Position numbers and translations under genes: made by a program. This document shows, one piece after another, positions 18,704 to 28,363 of a DNA stretch of 64,000 nucleotides; position 1 is the stretch's first letter; the number at the start of each line of letters is the position of its first letter. The DNA is taken from IMG/VR virus record IMGVR_UViG_3300033148_006964, positions 1-64,000 of that record; one strand, given 5' to 3'. The notes below the pieces were generated by a model, which searched no databases, was not told where the DNA came from, and saw only the letters and a program-made list of their open reading frames with translations. The DNA comes from a virus.

Positions 18704-21700
18704 ATGAGCGTTATTGTAGATCCTACTGAAAAAAAATATATACACGATGGAATTGAATCTGTCCCGACGTTTGATAGCGGTAAAGAAAAAATTGCCGTTA
18801 ATGAATACCTTGCGGAGGTATGGCAAGGGGACGTATTTAAGTATCATGAAATAGGTGATACGTTAATTAGTGATGTAAATAATAAACGATATATTGCAGA
18901 CCCTACTATTGAAGTTGACCATGATCCAGATGAGTATGAATATAAAAGTAAATTAACACGCATTCAAGTAAAATTAAAAAAAGATAAAATATATCTTAGA
19001 CACAGAGAGTCTGGGAAAACTGGTTATTTATTACCAAAGGCGATCATTGCAAGTAATGACGCGACTCCGACACAAGAAGACATAATAGAGAATATTACAT
19101 TAAAGGATTTTCAACTTGTTGAAGGTGAACCTGCTTTAATTGGTGATTTTAAATATGTTGATTTTTATTTTAAGAAAAACCCATCAGGAATTACTGTTAG
19201 ACACGAAATATCAAAACAAATCGCAATAGATTATCCTAATAGAAAATTTTATGGAGTAGCATGGGAAATAAGTGATTCAAGAATTGAAAACTTATTAAAG
19301 GCCGGTAATATATGTAAATTTGTTCAAATAGAACTTAATGGTAAGTTGTATTTAATTGAATATTGGCGTAGAGCCGATATGTTAAATGAAAATGGAGATC
19401 CAGTAGATATAACTCATGATTACACCACAGTATCAGCCAATCTATCAAGCGATACAACCTTTACAGTTGGTACATATTATATAATAGTTGATGTAGCTCT
19501 TGGTATTTATAATTTAAATTTGGATTGTGCCGGTGGTGATATAGTAATTAAAACATTAATCGGTGCATCTAAAAATTTAAATCAGAGAAGCAGTGGAGCT
19601 ATAACAACAAGTAATACATCGTTAACAAATAAAGTCATTTTTACGTCTCCTCATGATGATTCTCGTGGCGAAATAATTGCCGGTTCCTCTGGTAGTCCTG
19701 CAACTGGGGATATAAGCAGAATACTACTTTGGCTTGATACAGCAAATGCGGTTGCGTTTTCTATGTCTTATGTTGAATTTCATTATGTTGGAGCAGAGAA
19801 TGTAATTGCTAATGGTAGTAATACTCGTAGCAATAGCACTATTGCATTAGACCATATAACATTTAAAAATTGTGAAATAACAGTATCAGTTAAATCGAAA
19901 TCATTTATTGGAGATTTTAGCACTGCTATAAATAATGACATTGGAGCAGTTTCATTAAATAGAATTTATATAGATAATACAAATACAATTTCTGATTCTT
20001 TAAAAGGTTATGCTATACTTTTTTATAGAAGTACCGGATTTTCTTTAACAAATAGTTGGATCAATCCAACTGGAAAGGCTTCTTCAGGAATATTAACAAC
20101 ATTTGCTAATGCTGATGTTAATATTAAAAATAATTTTATTAATTTAAACACAAGAGCAATATTATTTGTACTAAATTCTACATCAAATATAACTCTTAAT
20201 ATGTGGAATAATTATCTTACAAGTGATAGTGATGAAAATAGTACAGTTTATTTAAAAGAAGGAGCAGGAACATTCACAATATATTATTACAATAATATTC
20301 ATATTAATTGTAATCCGGGTGCTGGTGATTATGTTGTAGAATTAAATAGTGCACCAGTTATGCATGAGTCTAATAATGCTTGGTACAATTGCACAGAAAC
20401 TGATGCATCTGGTTTTGTTCCAACTAATAAAATAACATCAGATCCTGCACTTATTAATGCTCCACTTGGTTGTGTTATATCAATAGAAAGTGTGTTTGAA
20501 GATGGTTATTTTTCTCCTGTAGTTGGGGACTATACTGAAGGAGGCCTTTCAAATTACGATACTCAAGGTGTAGATGAAAGTATATATACTCCGGACGGAT
20601 ATGAACACGATGGAGCAGACTCATTACCATGCGGTGTATATTATAGAGTAAGCAGTTTTGGCGATGACAACAGTAGCTCTTCTAGTTCTCAGAGTTCTTC
20701 AAGTTCTCAGAGTTCTTCAAGTTCTCAGAGTTCTTCGAGTCAATCAAGCTCTTCAAGTTCTTCAAATTCTTCAAGCTCTTTAAGTTCTTCAAGCCAATCA
20801 AGTTCTTCAAATTCTTCAAGTTCTCATAGTTCTTCGAGTCAATCAAGCTCTTCAAGTTCATTAAGTTCTCCAAGTTCTGAAAGCTCTTCAAACTCTTCTA
20901 GTTCTTCTAATTCTTCTAGTTCTCAGAGTTCTTTAAGCTCTTCAAGTTCTTCTAGTTCATCAAGTTCTTTAAGTTCTTCTAGTTCATCAAGCTCTTCTAG
21001 TTCATCAAGTTCTTCTAGTTCATCAAGTTCTTTAAGTTCTTCTAGTTCATCAAGCTCTTCAAGCTCTTCTAATTCGTCAAGTTCTTCAAACTCTTCAAGT
21101 TCTTCAAGTTCTCAGAGTTCTTCAAGTTCTTCGGCTGATGATGATTTTTATTCTAATACAGTTTATATAGGAATGGAAAAAGATGGCGTTCATGAAGCAA
21201 TACATCATGTTGAATGCACATTACATAATAGGTATTATGGTGAACCATGTTTTGTTTTAAAAAAGAAAAGTACTGGTGTTAGATGTACTAATTGTTGGTC
21301 TTCACATCGTCAACAAAGAATAAAAACTCATTGTACTATATGCAATGGGTCTGGTTTTGTAGATGGATATTATAAGCCGATTAAAGTTCAAATATCTTTT
21401 GATTCAGACCCTAAAAAATCAGATTCACAAAAAGAATGGGAAAATGTATATGATACAAAGCGAGCAAGAACATGTGGGTATCCATTACTTAGACCTAAAG
21501 ATCTAATAGTAAATCGTGATGATTATAAACGTTATGTTATTACACATGTAGAAGAAACTGAATTGCCTTTGCTTAGTGAAAATGCGTCTATTCATTCTCA
21601 AAAAAGTCATATATTAAGTCAATTATTAACCTTAGAGGAATTAAATCCGGATGACAATGAATATGATATATTATTAGAAGAATCGTCAAGCTCTTCTGAA

Positions 21701-22327
21701 ATGAGCTCTGGAAGCTCTTCTAGTTCTAGTAATTCGTATAGTTCTGCATCTACTGGTGAAGATGATTTTTATTCTAAAACAGTTTTTATTGGAAGATTTA
21801 GTGATGGAATACATGAAGCTATAAAATATGCAGAAGGAGTTTTATATACAAATTATAGTGGAAGACCCTCGTATGTTGTTAAACGTAAAAGCTTTGGAAC
21901 TAGATGCCCGGATTGTTGGTCTGCTAATAGGGAGCAAAGAGTAATAAGCCATTGCGATACATGTAAAGGGACTGGTTTTGCTACAGGGTATTATCAGCCT
22001 ATAATAGTTCAAATTGCATATGATTCAGATCCAAGAAAATCTGATTCTCAAAAAACAGGTGAAGATATATATAAAGTAAAAAAAGTACGGCTTTCTAATT
22101 ATCCATTAATAAGGCCAAAAGACTTAGTTATAAGTATAGATCTATATAAACGATATGTCGTAAAACATGTAGAGACAACAAAACTTCCAAAATTATCAGA
22201 AAGTGTTGCAAAATTATCAAAACAGAATTATATTATTAGTCAGATATTGACTCTTCAAGAACTTAATACGGATAGTATCGAATACGAACTAAATCTTAAC
22301 AATATTTCTCCGATTCCTCCAATTTAA
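18704..22327 (+). CDS. Multidomain virion protein: unknown N-domain, beta-helix-like region, poly-Ser linker, two tandem Cys4 Zn-finger head-closure-like domains
   Basis: Asn/Ile/Thr-rich repeats in the middle. C-terminal duplicated unit DDFYS.TV.IG...RC..CW...C..C.G.GF..GYY.PI.VQI..DSDP.KSDSQ. Confidence 0.55.
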   Translation: MSVIVDPTEKKYIHDGIESVPTFDSGKEKIAVNEYLAEVWQGDVFKYHEIGDTLISDVNNKRYIADPTIEVDHDPDEYEYKSKLTRIQVKLKKDKIYLRHRESGKTGYLLPKAIIASNDATPTQEDIIENITLKDFQLVEGEPALIGDFKYVDFYFKKNPSGITVRHEISKQIAIDYPNRKFYGVAWEISDSRIENLLKAGNICKFVQIELNGKLYLIEYWRRADMLNENGDPVDITHDYTTVSANLSSDTTFTVGTYYIIVDVALGIYNLNLDCAGGDIVIKTLIGASKNLNQRSSGAITTSNTSLTNKVIFTSPHDDSRGEIIAGSSGSPATGDISRILLWLDTANAVAFSMSYVEFHYVGAENVIANGSNTRSNSTIALDHITFKNCEITVSVKSKSFIGDFSTAINNDIGAVSLNRIYIDNTNTISDSLKGYAILFYRSTGFSLTNSWINPTGKASSGILTTFANADVNIKNNFINLNTRAILFVLNSTSNITLNMWNNYLTSDSDENSTVYLKEGAGTFTIYYYNNIHINCNPGAGDYVVELNSAPVMHESNNAWYNCTETDASGFVPTNKITSDPALINAPLGCVISIESVFEDGYFSPVVGDYTEGGLSNYDTQGVDESIYTPDGYEHDGADSLPCGVYYRVSSFGDDNSSSSSSQSSSSSQSSSSSQSSSSQSSSSSSSNSSSSLSSSSQSSSSNSSSSHSSSSQSSSSSSLSSPSSESSSNSSSSSNSSSSQSSLSSSSSSSSSSSLSSSSSSSSSSSSSSSSSSSSLSSSSSSSSSSSSNSSSSSNSSSSSSSQSSSSSSADDDFYSNTVYIGMEKDGVHEAIHHVECTLHNRYYGEPCFVLKKKSTGVRCTNCWSSHRQQRIKTHCTICNGSGFVDGYYKPIKVQISFDSDPKKSDSQKEWENVYDTKRARTCGYPLLRPKDLIVNRDDYKRYVITHVEETELPLLSENASIHSQKSHILSQLLTLEELNPDDNEYDILLEESSSSSEMSSGSSSSSSNSYSSASTGEDDFYSKTVFIGRFSDGIHEAIKYAEGVLYTNYSGRPSYVVKRKSFGTRCPDCWSANREQRVISHCDTCKGTGFATGYYQPIIVQIAYDSDPRKSDSQKTGEDIYKVKKVRLSNYPLIRPKDLVISIDLYKRYVVKHVETTKLPKLSESVAKLSKQNYIISQILTLQELNTDSIEYELNLNNISPIPPI
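20671..21132 (+). repeat. Ser-coding low-complexity tract 3
   Basis: About 150 codons, mostly Ser. A shorter tract lies at ~21682-21750. Confidence 0.95.
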
Positions 22328-22369
22328 AAATAGCTAAAGGCTTCCGGGAAACCGGGCAAAGGGTGGCGA

Positions 22370-23233
22370 ATGGCTAAAGAAACTCTCTTTTTAACAGAAA
22401 ACAAAAAACCAGTTTATTTAGAAAATCATTACAATGGAGCTTCTTGCTTTCTAGTATTAAGCGGTCCATCTCTTCAAAATATTGATTTATCACTTTTAAA
22501 ATCTCCAGGTATCCTTACTTTTGGGTTAAACAATTCGCCTCGAATGGTACGCCCTAATATATGGACATTAGTTGATGACCCAGGAAATTTTATAATGAGT
22601 ATATGGAGAGATCCTACAATACTTAAACTTATTCCTGATGGGAAACCTGGTAAGAAATTGTTCGATAATACACGATGGAAACAATCAAGGCTTAAGGTAA
22701 GAAACTGTCCTAATATTTTTTATTATCCACGAAATAATCGTTTTAATGCAGATACTTATTTAACAGAAGACACTGTAAATTGGGGGTCTCATAAAGATTA
22801 CGGTGGAACCAGATCTGTTATGCTTGCAGCTGTTAGGCTAGCATATTATATTGGTATTAGAAAATTATTTCTTATTGGTTGTGATTTTGGCATGGCTTTA
22901 GGAGAACAAAATTATGCCTGGGAACAAGATAGAACAAGGCATGCGGTTAATAATAATAATGGCACGTATCGTGTGCTTAATGAGAGGTTTAAACTTTTAA
23001 AACCTAAATTTGATGAAGCTGGATTTTATGTATTTAATTGTACTCCTGATTCAGGTTTAAAAGTATTTCCATCTATGAATTATGAAGATGCTATTAAAAT
23101 AGCATCTAGAGAATTTACTCATGTAGATCATGAAAGAACTCATGGTATGTACGAACGAAAAGCATTAGAAAAAGAAGCTAAAAAGAAAGAAGAGAGGAGA
23201 AAAAAGCGTGAGAAAGAAAAAGAAGGCAAATAA
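22370..23233 (+). CDS. DUF115/Maf-like (MptE-like fold) putative glycosyltransferase
   Basis: CFLVLSGPSL, FGLNN, SVMLAAVRLAYYIGIRKLFLIGCDF, VFNCT are motifs of the Maf/Cst-type family. Confidence 0.7.
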   Translation: MAKETLFLTENKKPVYLENHYNGASCFLVLSGPSLQNIDLSLLKSPGILTFGLNNSPRMVRPNIWTLVDDPGNFIMSIWRDPTILKLIPDGKPGKKLFDNTRWKQSRLKVRNCPNIFYYPRNNRFNADTYLTEDTVNWGSHKDYGGTRSVMLAAVRLAYYIGIRKLFLIGCDFGMALGEQNYAWEQDRTRHAVNNNNGTYRVLNERFKLLKPKFDEAGFYVFNCTPDSGLKVFPSMNYEDAIKIASREFTHVDHERTHGMYERKALEKEAKKKEERRKKREKEKEGK

Positions 23234-23234
23234 A

Positions 23235-24059
23235 ATGAACGAGGGGGTTATTTATTACAATAAGGGAATGAAAATGCTAGTTAGACTTATTGTCTCACTT
23301 CATTCTTTAAGAAAGGTGTATGATAAAAATGTTGCTATTTTAATAGAAGGTGAAGAGTCAGACGAGTGTAAAGAAATAGCTAATATGTATAATGCACAAA
23401 TTGTTGATGTTGATTTTGGAGAATCGTATAAGAATAAAACATATTTAAATAGTTGTTTATCACATACTGTAACTCCTTACGACACTTCTATATGGATAGA
23501 TTCTGATACAGTTATATTAAAAGATCCGTCTAAGTTATTTGAACATGCAAGAAAAAATGAATTTGCTATTGCTCAATTTGCAAATTGGGTTACTAATGGC
23601 TCTAAAATAAGAAAAAGAATAAAGGCATGGGAACCTTATTTGCCAGAATTTGTTAAAGATGCAATAAATTTTGGACCTGCAATTAATTGTGGAGTATATG
23701 CATTTCATAAAGATGGCAAATTGGTTAAGGATTGGTTTGATCATGCTGTAAAGGGTAAGACTAGTTTTATACCGGATGAGGTGTGTTGTCAGGTTATATT
23801 ACCACAATATCCGCATATAATTGTAGATCCAAAGTATAATACAAGTTGTAGATATGGTACGGTTGATAAAAATACTGTTATTATTCATTATCATGGAAGA
23901 AAGCATTGTAGAATAAAAGATGGTAAATATTTAAATAATTCTAAATTATGGTTTAATGAATATAATGAAATAAAAGATTTAGATATAATAAAGTCTTTAG
24001 TTAAAAAAGATCGTCAATTAAGAATAAACCTTAAAATTTTTGAAAAGTTAAACAAATGA
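23235..24059 (+). CDS. GT-A glycosyltransferase (GT8-like)
   Basis: Start ATG 23235. WIDSD DxD motif, INCGVY, DE..CQ, IIHYHG. Confidence 0.75.
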   Translation: MNEGVIYYNKGMKMLVRLIVSLHSLRKVYDKNVAILIEGEESDECKEIANMYNAQIVDVDFGESYKNKTYLNSCLSHTVTPYDTSIWIDSDTVILKDPSKLFEHARKNEFAIAQFANWVTNGSKIRKRIKAWEPYLPEFVKDAINFGPAINCGVYAFHKDGKLVKDWFDHAVKGKTSFIPDEVCCQVILPQYPHIIVDPKYNTSCRYGTVDKNTVIIHYHGRKHCRIKDGKYLNNSKLWFNEYNEIKDLDIIKSLVKKDRQLRINLKIFEKLNK

Positions 24060-25006
24060 AAAAAGATAATTGGTTTAAAGATTATCATGAAATTCCAGAA
24101 TTAGGAATTAAAGGATTAAGATCCATAAAGAATAGGATTAAATATTATCATATTAATGATTTTAAAAAGGCTTCGGTATTAGATATTGGATGTAATATGG
24201 GGCAGATGTCGTTTCAAGCAGAAAAATGGGGCGCGTCTCAAGTAATAGGAGTTGAATATGATAGGGTTGCCTGGAAAAAGGCAATACTTAATAAAAAACA
24301 ATTAAAATCATCCGTCATCTTTACTCTTGATGATATTGATAATCCTCTTTTTTGGAGAGGTATTAATCCTAGTGATGTAGTTTTATTTTTGGCTGTCTTT
24401 GGAACTAAAGAATTAAAAGATAGATTTTCAATTCTTAATAAAGCGTGTTTAAAAACTAAGAATGTAATGTATTTTGAAGGCCATAGAAAGGCCAAAACAA
24501 ATGTTTATGTAAAAAATATTCTTCAATATACTGATTTTAGTCAAATTGAGTTTTTAGGAACGGTAGGAAAAAAACGAGCATTTCTTAGATGTTCGCGTGA
24601 AACCCTTACGCCTAAAGGCTGTATTGAAAAAATATTAAAACTAAAAGGTCGTTATAATAAAATAGCTATAATAGGAAAAGGAGATGTTGGTAAGACCTAT
24701 ATACGAAAACGTTTAGGTGATTGTGGCTCTCATTTAGTCGTAGACGATAGAAGAGTATGGGATAATGAAAAATTGAGCTTAGAAAAATTAAGTTTAGAAA
24801 AGTTAAACTCTACTAAAAAAATAATATTATTTGATTATAGATCGCTTTTATATGTTGATGATTTTGAGGTAGTTTTTTTTCTAACGCCTAATGAAAAGCT
24901 TTTGCAAAGAGCTCAACGGGCCAGCACAAGGTCCAGAGTTAATGAATTGGAATTTAAATATGATAAAGTAGAACGGTTTTATACTGTAATAACCAGAGGA
25001 AGATAA
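24056..25006 (+). CDS. Class I SAM methyltransferase fused to a P-loop domain
   Basis: VLDIGCNMG and IGVEYD in the N-domain. IAIIGKGDVGKT in the C-domain. Confidence 0.7.
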   Translation: MKKDNWFKDYHEIPELGIKGLRSIKNRIKYYHINDFKKASVLDIGCNMGQMSFQAEKWGASQVIGVEYDRVAWKKAILNKKQLKSSVIFTLDDIDNPLFWRGINPSDVVLFLAVFGTKELKDRFSILNKACLKTKNVMYFEGHRKAKTNVYVKNILQYTDFSQIEFLGTVGKKRAFLRCSRETLTPKGCIEKILKLKGRYNKIAIIGKGDVGKTYIRKRLGDCGSHLVVDDRRVWDNEKLSLEKLSLEKLNSTKKIILFDYRSLLYVDDFEVVFFLTPNEKLLQRAQRASTRSRVNELEFKYDKVERFYTVITRGR

Positions 25007-25007
25007 C

Positions 25008-26402
25008 ATGAAAGATTTTACTATAGTTACAGCTTGTAGCAAAGATTATATAGATAAGCTTAAATGGTGTATGCCAACCTGGACTATTAAACCACAGTTT
25101 AAAAATAAAAAATTAATAATTTTTTATATAGATGATATGAATGAATCTGATCTTTATTTTGCTAAAAATTATTTTTCTAATGTTAAATTTGTTAAGTGGC
25201 AAATGGAAAAATTTGACAGCAAAAGGGAATTAGTATTGTCGTCTTTTGTACTTGGTGTTAATCATATTGAAACTGAGTATTATGTAAAAATAGATGGCGA
25301 TAGTTTTTTTATTAATGATAAAGATGTTTTAGAGAATGATGATTTTAATTATGATTTAGTAGCGCATAGATGGGGGTATACAAAACCTGGATATTGGATA
25401 GCAGAGCTTAATAATTTTTATTATAATAAGAATGATAAAGTAGATAAAAATATACATATATTCAGACAATCTAGAATAGCCAGTTTTTTCTGTTTGCATA
25501 AAACCGAATTTGTTAAGAAAGTAGTATCATTTTTTAATAATAGATTGCCTGTTCCTAGTCATGATACAACTTTGTGGTATTATGCTAATGAGATGCCCGA
25601 TAGGACATGGAAGGCAAAAAATGTTAAGCGTTATGGTGTTACTAATAAATCTAGGTTTAGAAGTTTAAAAGAATCTATACGTTCCTTGCCTAGTGCTAAT
25701 AACCCATATTTAAATGATATATTATTAAAAAAAATTAGATTAAAAATATCAGATGCATGTAAATTTAAATGTAATAAATGTAATAGTTTTTGTGGGATGA
25801 TGCCATCAAATAATTTTATGGGTGTAGATATTTTATTTAATTTTATAGATGATTCCATACAAAATAATAAAAAATGGAAAAAAATAATTATAGATGGCGG
25901 AGATCCTTTATGTCATCCAAATTTACCAACTATATTTAATCTATTAAAAATGTATAAAGATAAATTTAATAAATGTAAATTTGAATTTAATGTAGTAGAT
26001 AATAGTTTAGTTCAAATAGTTAAAAAAACTATCCCTAATTGGATTACTTTAAATGTTTCTAATTGTAGGAATAATAAAATAAAACGAGCCATAATGAATG
26101 CTCCATGTGATAATAATGAAAAAAATGTTAGATCATGCTCTTCTCCATGGAATGATGGAATAGTATTTAATAATAATGGATATTTTTTATGTAACGTTGG
26201 TGCATCTATAGCACGTATTTTAAATTTGGATATTGGTATAAAATATTTACAAGATGTAGATGCTGATTCATTATTAGAACAAAAAAAAGAATTATGTACT
26301 CTTTGTGGGTATAGTGATTGTAAAACAAAACGAGATGGTGATTATATAAGTGATTCGTGGATAAAAATTATTAAAGAACATTCTACAAAGAAGGCCGTAT
26401 GA
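25008..26402 (+). CDS. GT-A glycosyltransferase fused to a radical SAM domain
   Basis: N-domain KIDGD. C-domain CKFKCNKC (CxxxCxxC), GGDPLCHP, and SPASM/twitch-like CSSPW..C..CTLC. Confidence 0.7.
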   Translation: MKDFTIVTACSKDYIDKLKWCMPTWTIKPQFKNKKLIIFYIDDMNESDLYFAKNYFSNVKFVKWQMEKFDSKRELVLSSFVLGVNHIETEYYVKIDGDSFFINDKDVLENDDFNYDLVAHRWGYTKPGYWIAELNNFYYNKNDKVDKNIHIFRQSRIASFFCLHKTEFVKKVVSFFNNRLPVPSHDTTLWYYANEMPDRTWKAKNVKRYGVTNKSRFRSLKESIRSLPSANNPYLNDILLKKIRLKISDACKFKCNKCNSFCGMMPSNNFMGVDILFNFIDDSIQNNKKWKKIIIDGGDPLCHPNLPTIFNLLKMYKDKFNKCKFEFNVVDNSLVQIVKKTIPNWITLNVSNCRNNKIKRAIMNAPCDNNEKNVRSCSSPWNDGIVFNNNGYFLCNVGASIARILNLDIGIKYLQDVDADSLLEQKKELCTLCGYSDCKTKRDGDYISDSWIKIIKEHSTKKAV

Positions 26403-27142
26403 TTATAGATTATTGTGTTTTTTGTCATAATTTTCAAAGAAGATTATGTTGGGTGCTATCTAATATATGTCAACAAAAAGGAGATGTTCCAGATATAAGG
26501 GTTCAAATATCTTCTTTAAAAAATAACGGATCTCCATCAACAGAAGAGGTTGTTGAAGAATTCAGTAAAAGAGGATTAGATATTTTACACAGAGTGTATC
26601 CTGATGAAGAATCTTTTGCCAGAAGGGGAATCGTAAGGAATAATAATATAAAAGATTCTATGAAGGATTGGATATTTTTTGCAGACTCAGATAGTTTATA
26701 TGAAGAAACTTTTTTTGAGACTATGAAAAGGCAATTATGTGATGAATTTAAAGGATCTAAGTGTATTGCTTCTTTTAATAGGCATTTTACCGTTATTGAA
26801 ACAACTAATGAAATTATGGACAAGATGACTGATGTATATATAGAAGATGCATTTCAAAAGGCATCTAATATAGAGACTACTGGATACACTGGAAGACGTA
26901 TAGCCAGCGGTAGTATGCAATTAGCACATTACGATGGAATTATGGCTATGAATAATGGGTTATACGTTAATCCTAAAAGATGTAAAGATAAACATTTATT
27001 TAAAAGAGGCCAAAAGGCTCGAAGCGATGTTCAATTCAGACATGCTATGGGCGGCACAAGAAAGATGAAATTTGGAAAACAAATTCATTTAAACCATTAT
27101 AGGGATAAGCATTTAGGCTATCACTCTGAAGATCAGAGGTAA
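26399..27142 (+). CDS. GT2-like glycosyltransferase
   Basis: RGIVRN, WIFFADSD DxD motif, ARSDVQF. Confidence 0.75.
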   Translation: MIIDYCVFCHNFQRRLCWVLSNICQQKGDVPDIRVQISSLKNNGSPSTEEVVEEFSKRGLDILHRVYPDEESFARRGIVRNNNIKDSMKDWIFFADSDSLYEETFFETMKRQLCDEFKGSKCIASFNRHFTVIETTNEIMDKMTDVYIEDAFQKASNIETTGYTGRRIASGSMQLAHYDGIMAMNNGLYVNPKRCKDKHLFKRGQKARSDVQFRHAMGGTRKMKFGKQIHLNHYRDKHLGYHSEDQR

Positions 27143-27148
27143 TTTAAT

Positions 27149-27727
27149 ATGAGAACACCAATAGTATATGTATATGACAAAAAAAAGATAGTGTATTATC
27201 CTATTCCTAAAGCAGCAAGTCATTCAATAAGAGAGTATTTAGGGGAATATGATACAAAAGCTAAATTAAAACTTGATAAATTAGTACATCGGTTTAATAA
27301 TTATTTTAGATTTACATTTGTTAGAAATCCTTATGATAGGTTTGCATCTTTTTATTACGATAAAATAATGCATTGGAATTGCCATCCAAGATGTAGATCT
27401 TTTTTAATGAGATATGGGATTAATTATAATACAACATTAAATCAGGCAGCTGATAAATTACGTAAATATATTACTAACAATGTTCATACTTTGCATCAAT
27501 ATAGATTTATATCTTCTAAAGGTAATATTACTGTTAATTTTATTGGTAAGCTTGAAAATATTCAAAATGATATTCATATTGTTAACAGATACGCTAAAAC
27601 ATCTACTAATTTAAGAATTTTAAATGCTGTTGGTAGAAAGTATAATAAACAATACGATAAAGAATATAAAGATATTATATATGATACGTATAAAGAAGAT
27701 TTTGAATTATTAACTTATGATAAATAG
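27149..27727 (+). CDS. Sulfotransferase (family 2-like)
   Basis: IPKAASHSI (5'-PSB loop), FTFVRNPYDRFASFY (3'-PB motif), FIGKLEN, YKEDFELL. Confidence 0.85.
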   Translation: MRTPIVYVYDKKKIVYYPIPKAASHSIREYLGEYDTKAKLKLDKLVHRFNNYFRFTFVRNPYDRFASFYYDKIMHWNCHPRCRSFLMRYGINYNTTLNQAADKLRKYITNNVHTLHQYRFISSKGNITVNFIGKLENIQNDIHIVNRYAKTSTNLRILNAVGRKYNKQYDKEYKDIIYDTYKEDFELLTYDK

Positions 27728-27740
27728 TTAGGGGATATAA

Positions 27741-28343
27741 ATGAATCAAAAGGATATAGATAAATTATACGGTAATAGGTTTTTTAAAAGAAGGATTAAA
27801 AAATACCATGATAAAGAAATAATATTAGCAGAGGTTATTTATAGTGTGTTTAAACCTAAGTCTGTATTTGATATAGGATGCGCATTAGGGAGTTATTTAT
27901 TGAAATATAAAGCGCTTGGAAGTATAGTTTTAGGATGTGATAAATATTTTGAATTTGCTAAAAAGTATTGTGATAAAGAGATATTGCCGTTTTTATTTAG
28001 TTTAGATGTTGAAGAAAAGTGGAATCTTGATGAATGTAACAAACATGATTTAGTTCAATGTATAGAAGTCGCAGAACATATAAAATCTGAATCATCAAAA
28101 CAGTTTGTTAATAATGTATGTAGTATGTCATTAAAATATATACTGTTTACCGCAGCCCCTCCTGGTCAACGTGGTACCGGTCATATTAATTGTAAAGAAA
28201 AAGAATTTTGGATAAATTTATTTAATAATAATGGATTTATTGTAGATGTAAAAAAACAAAAAGAGCTTTTTAAAGCTATTAAAAATTCTAAAAATTCTTT
28301 AGGATTAGTAAAAAATATCATTATCTTTAAATCGGATCATTAA
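27741..28343 (+). CDS. Class I SAM methyltransferase
   Basis: VFDIGCALG, DLVQCIEVAEHI, FTAAPPGQ.GTGHIN. Confidence 0.85.
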   Translation: MNQKDIDKLYGNRFFKRRIKKYHDKEIILAEVIYSVFKPKSVFDIGCALGSYLLKYKALGSIVLGCDKYFEFAKKYCDKEILPFLFSLDVEEKWNLDECNKHDLVQCIEVAEHIKSESSKQFVNNVCSMSLKYILFTAAPPGQRGTGHINCKEKEFWINLFNNNGFIVDVKKQKELFKAIKNSKNSLGLVKNIIIFKSDH

Positions 28344-28363
28344 AATTTTTTAAGGAGAATCCT

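Noticed and set aside
21140-22290. Duplicated domain as a DGR template/variable repeat pair
   Set aside because: Both copies are coding, differences are not confined to adenines, and no reverse transcriptase is present.
22343-22356. GAAA-loop hairpin before the modification cluster as a terminator
   Set aside because: The stem is short and has no U tract. It could be a processing or stability element, but there is no support.
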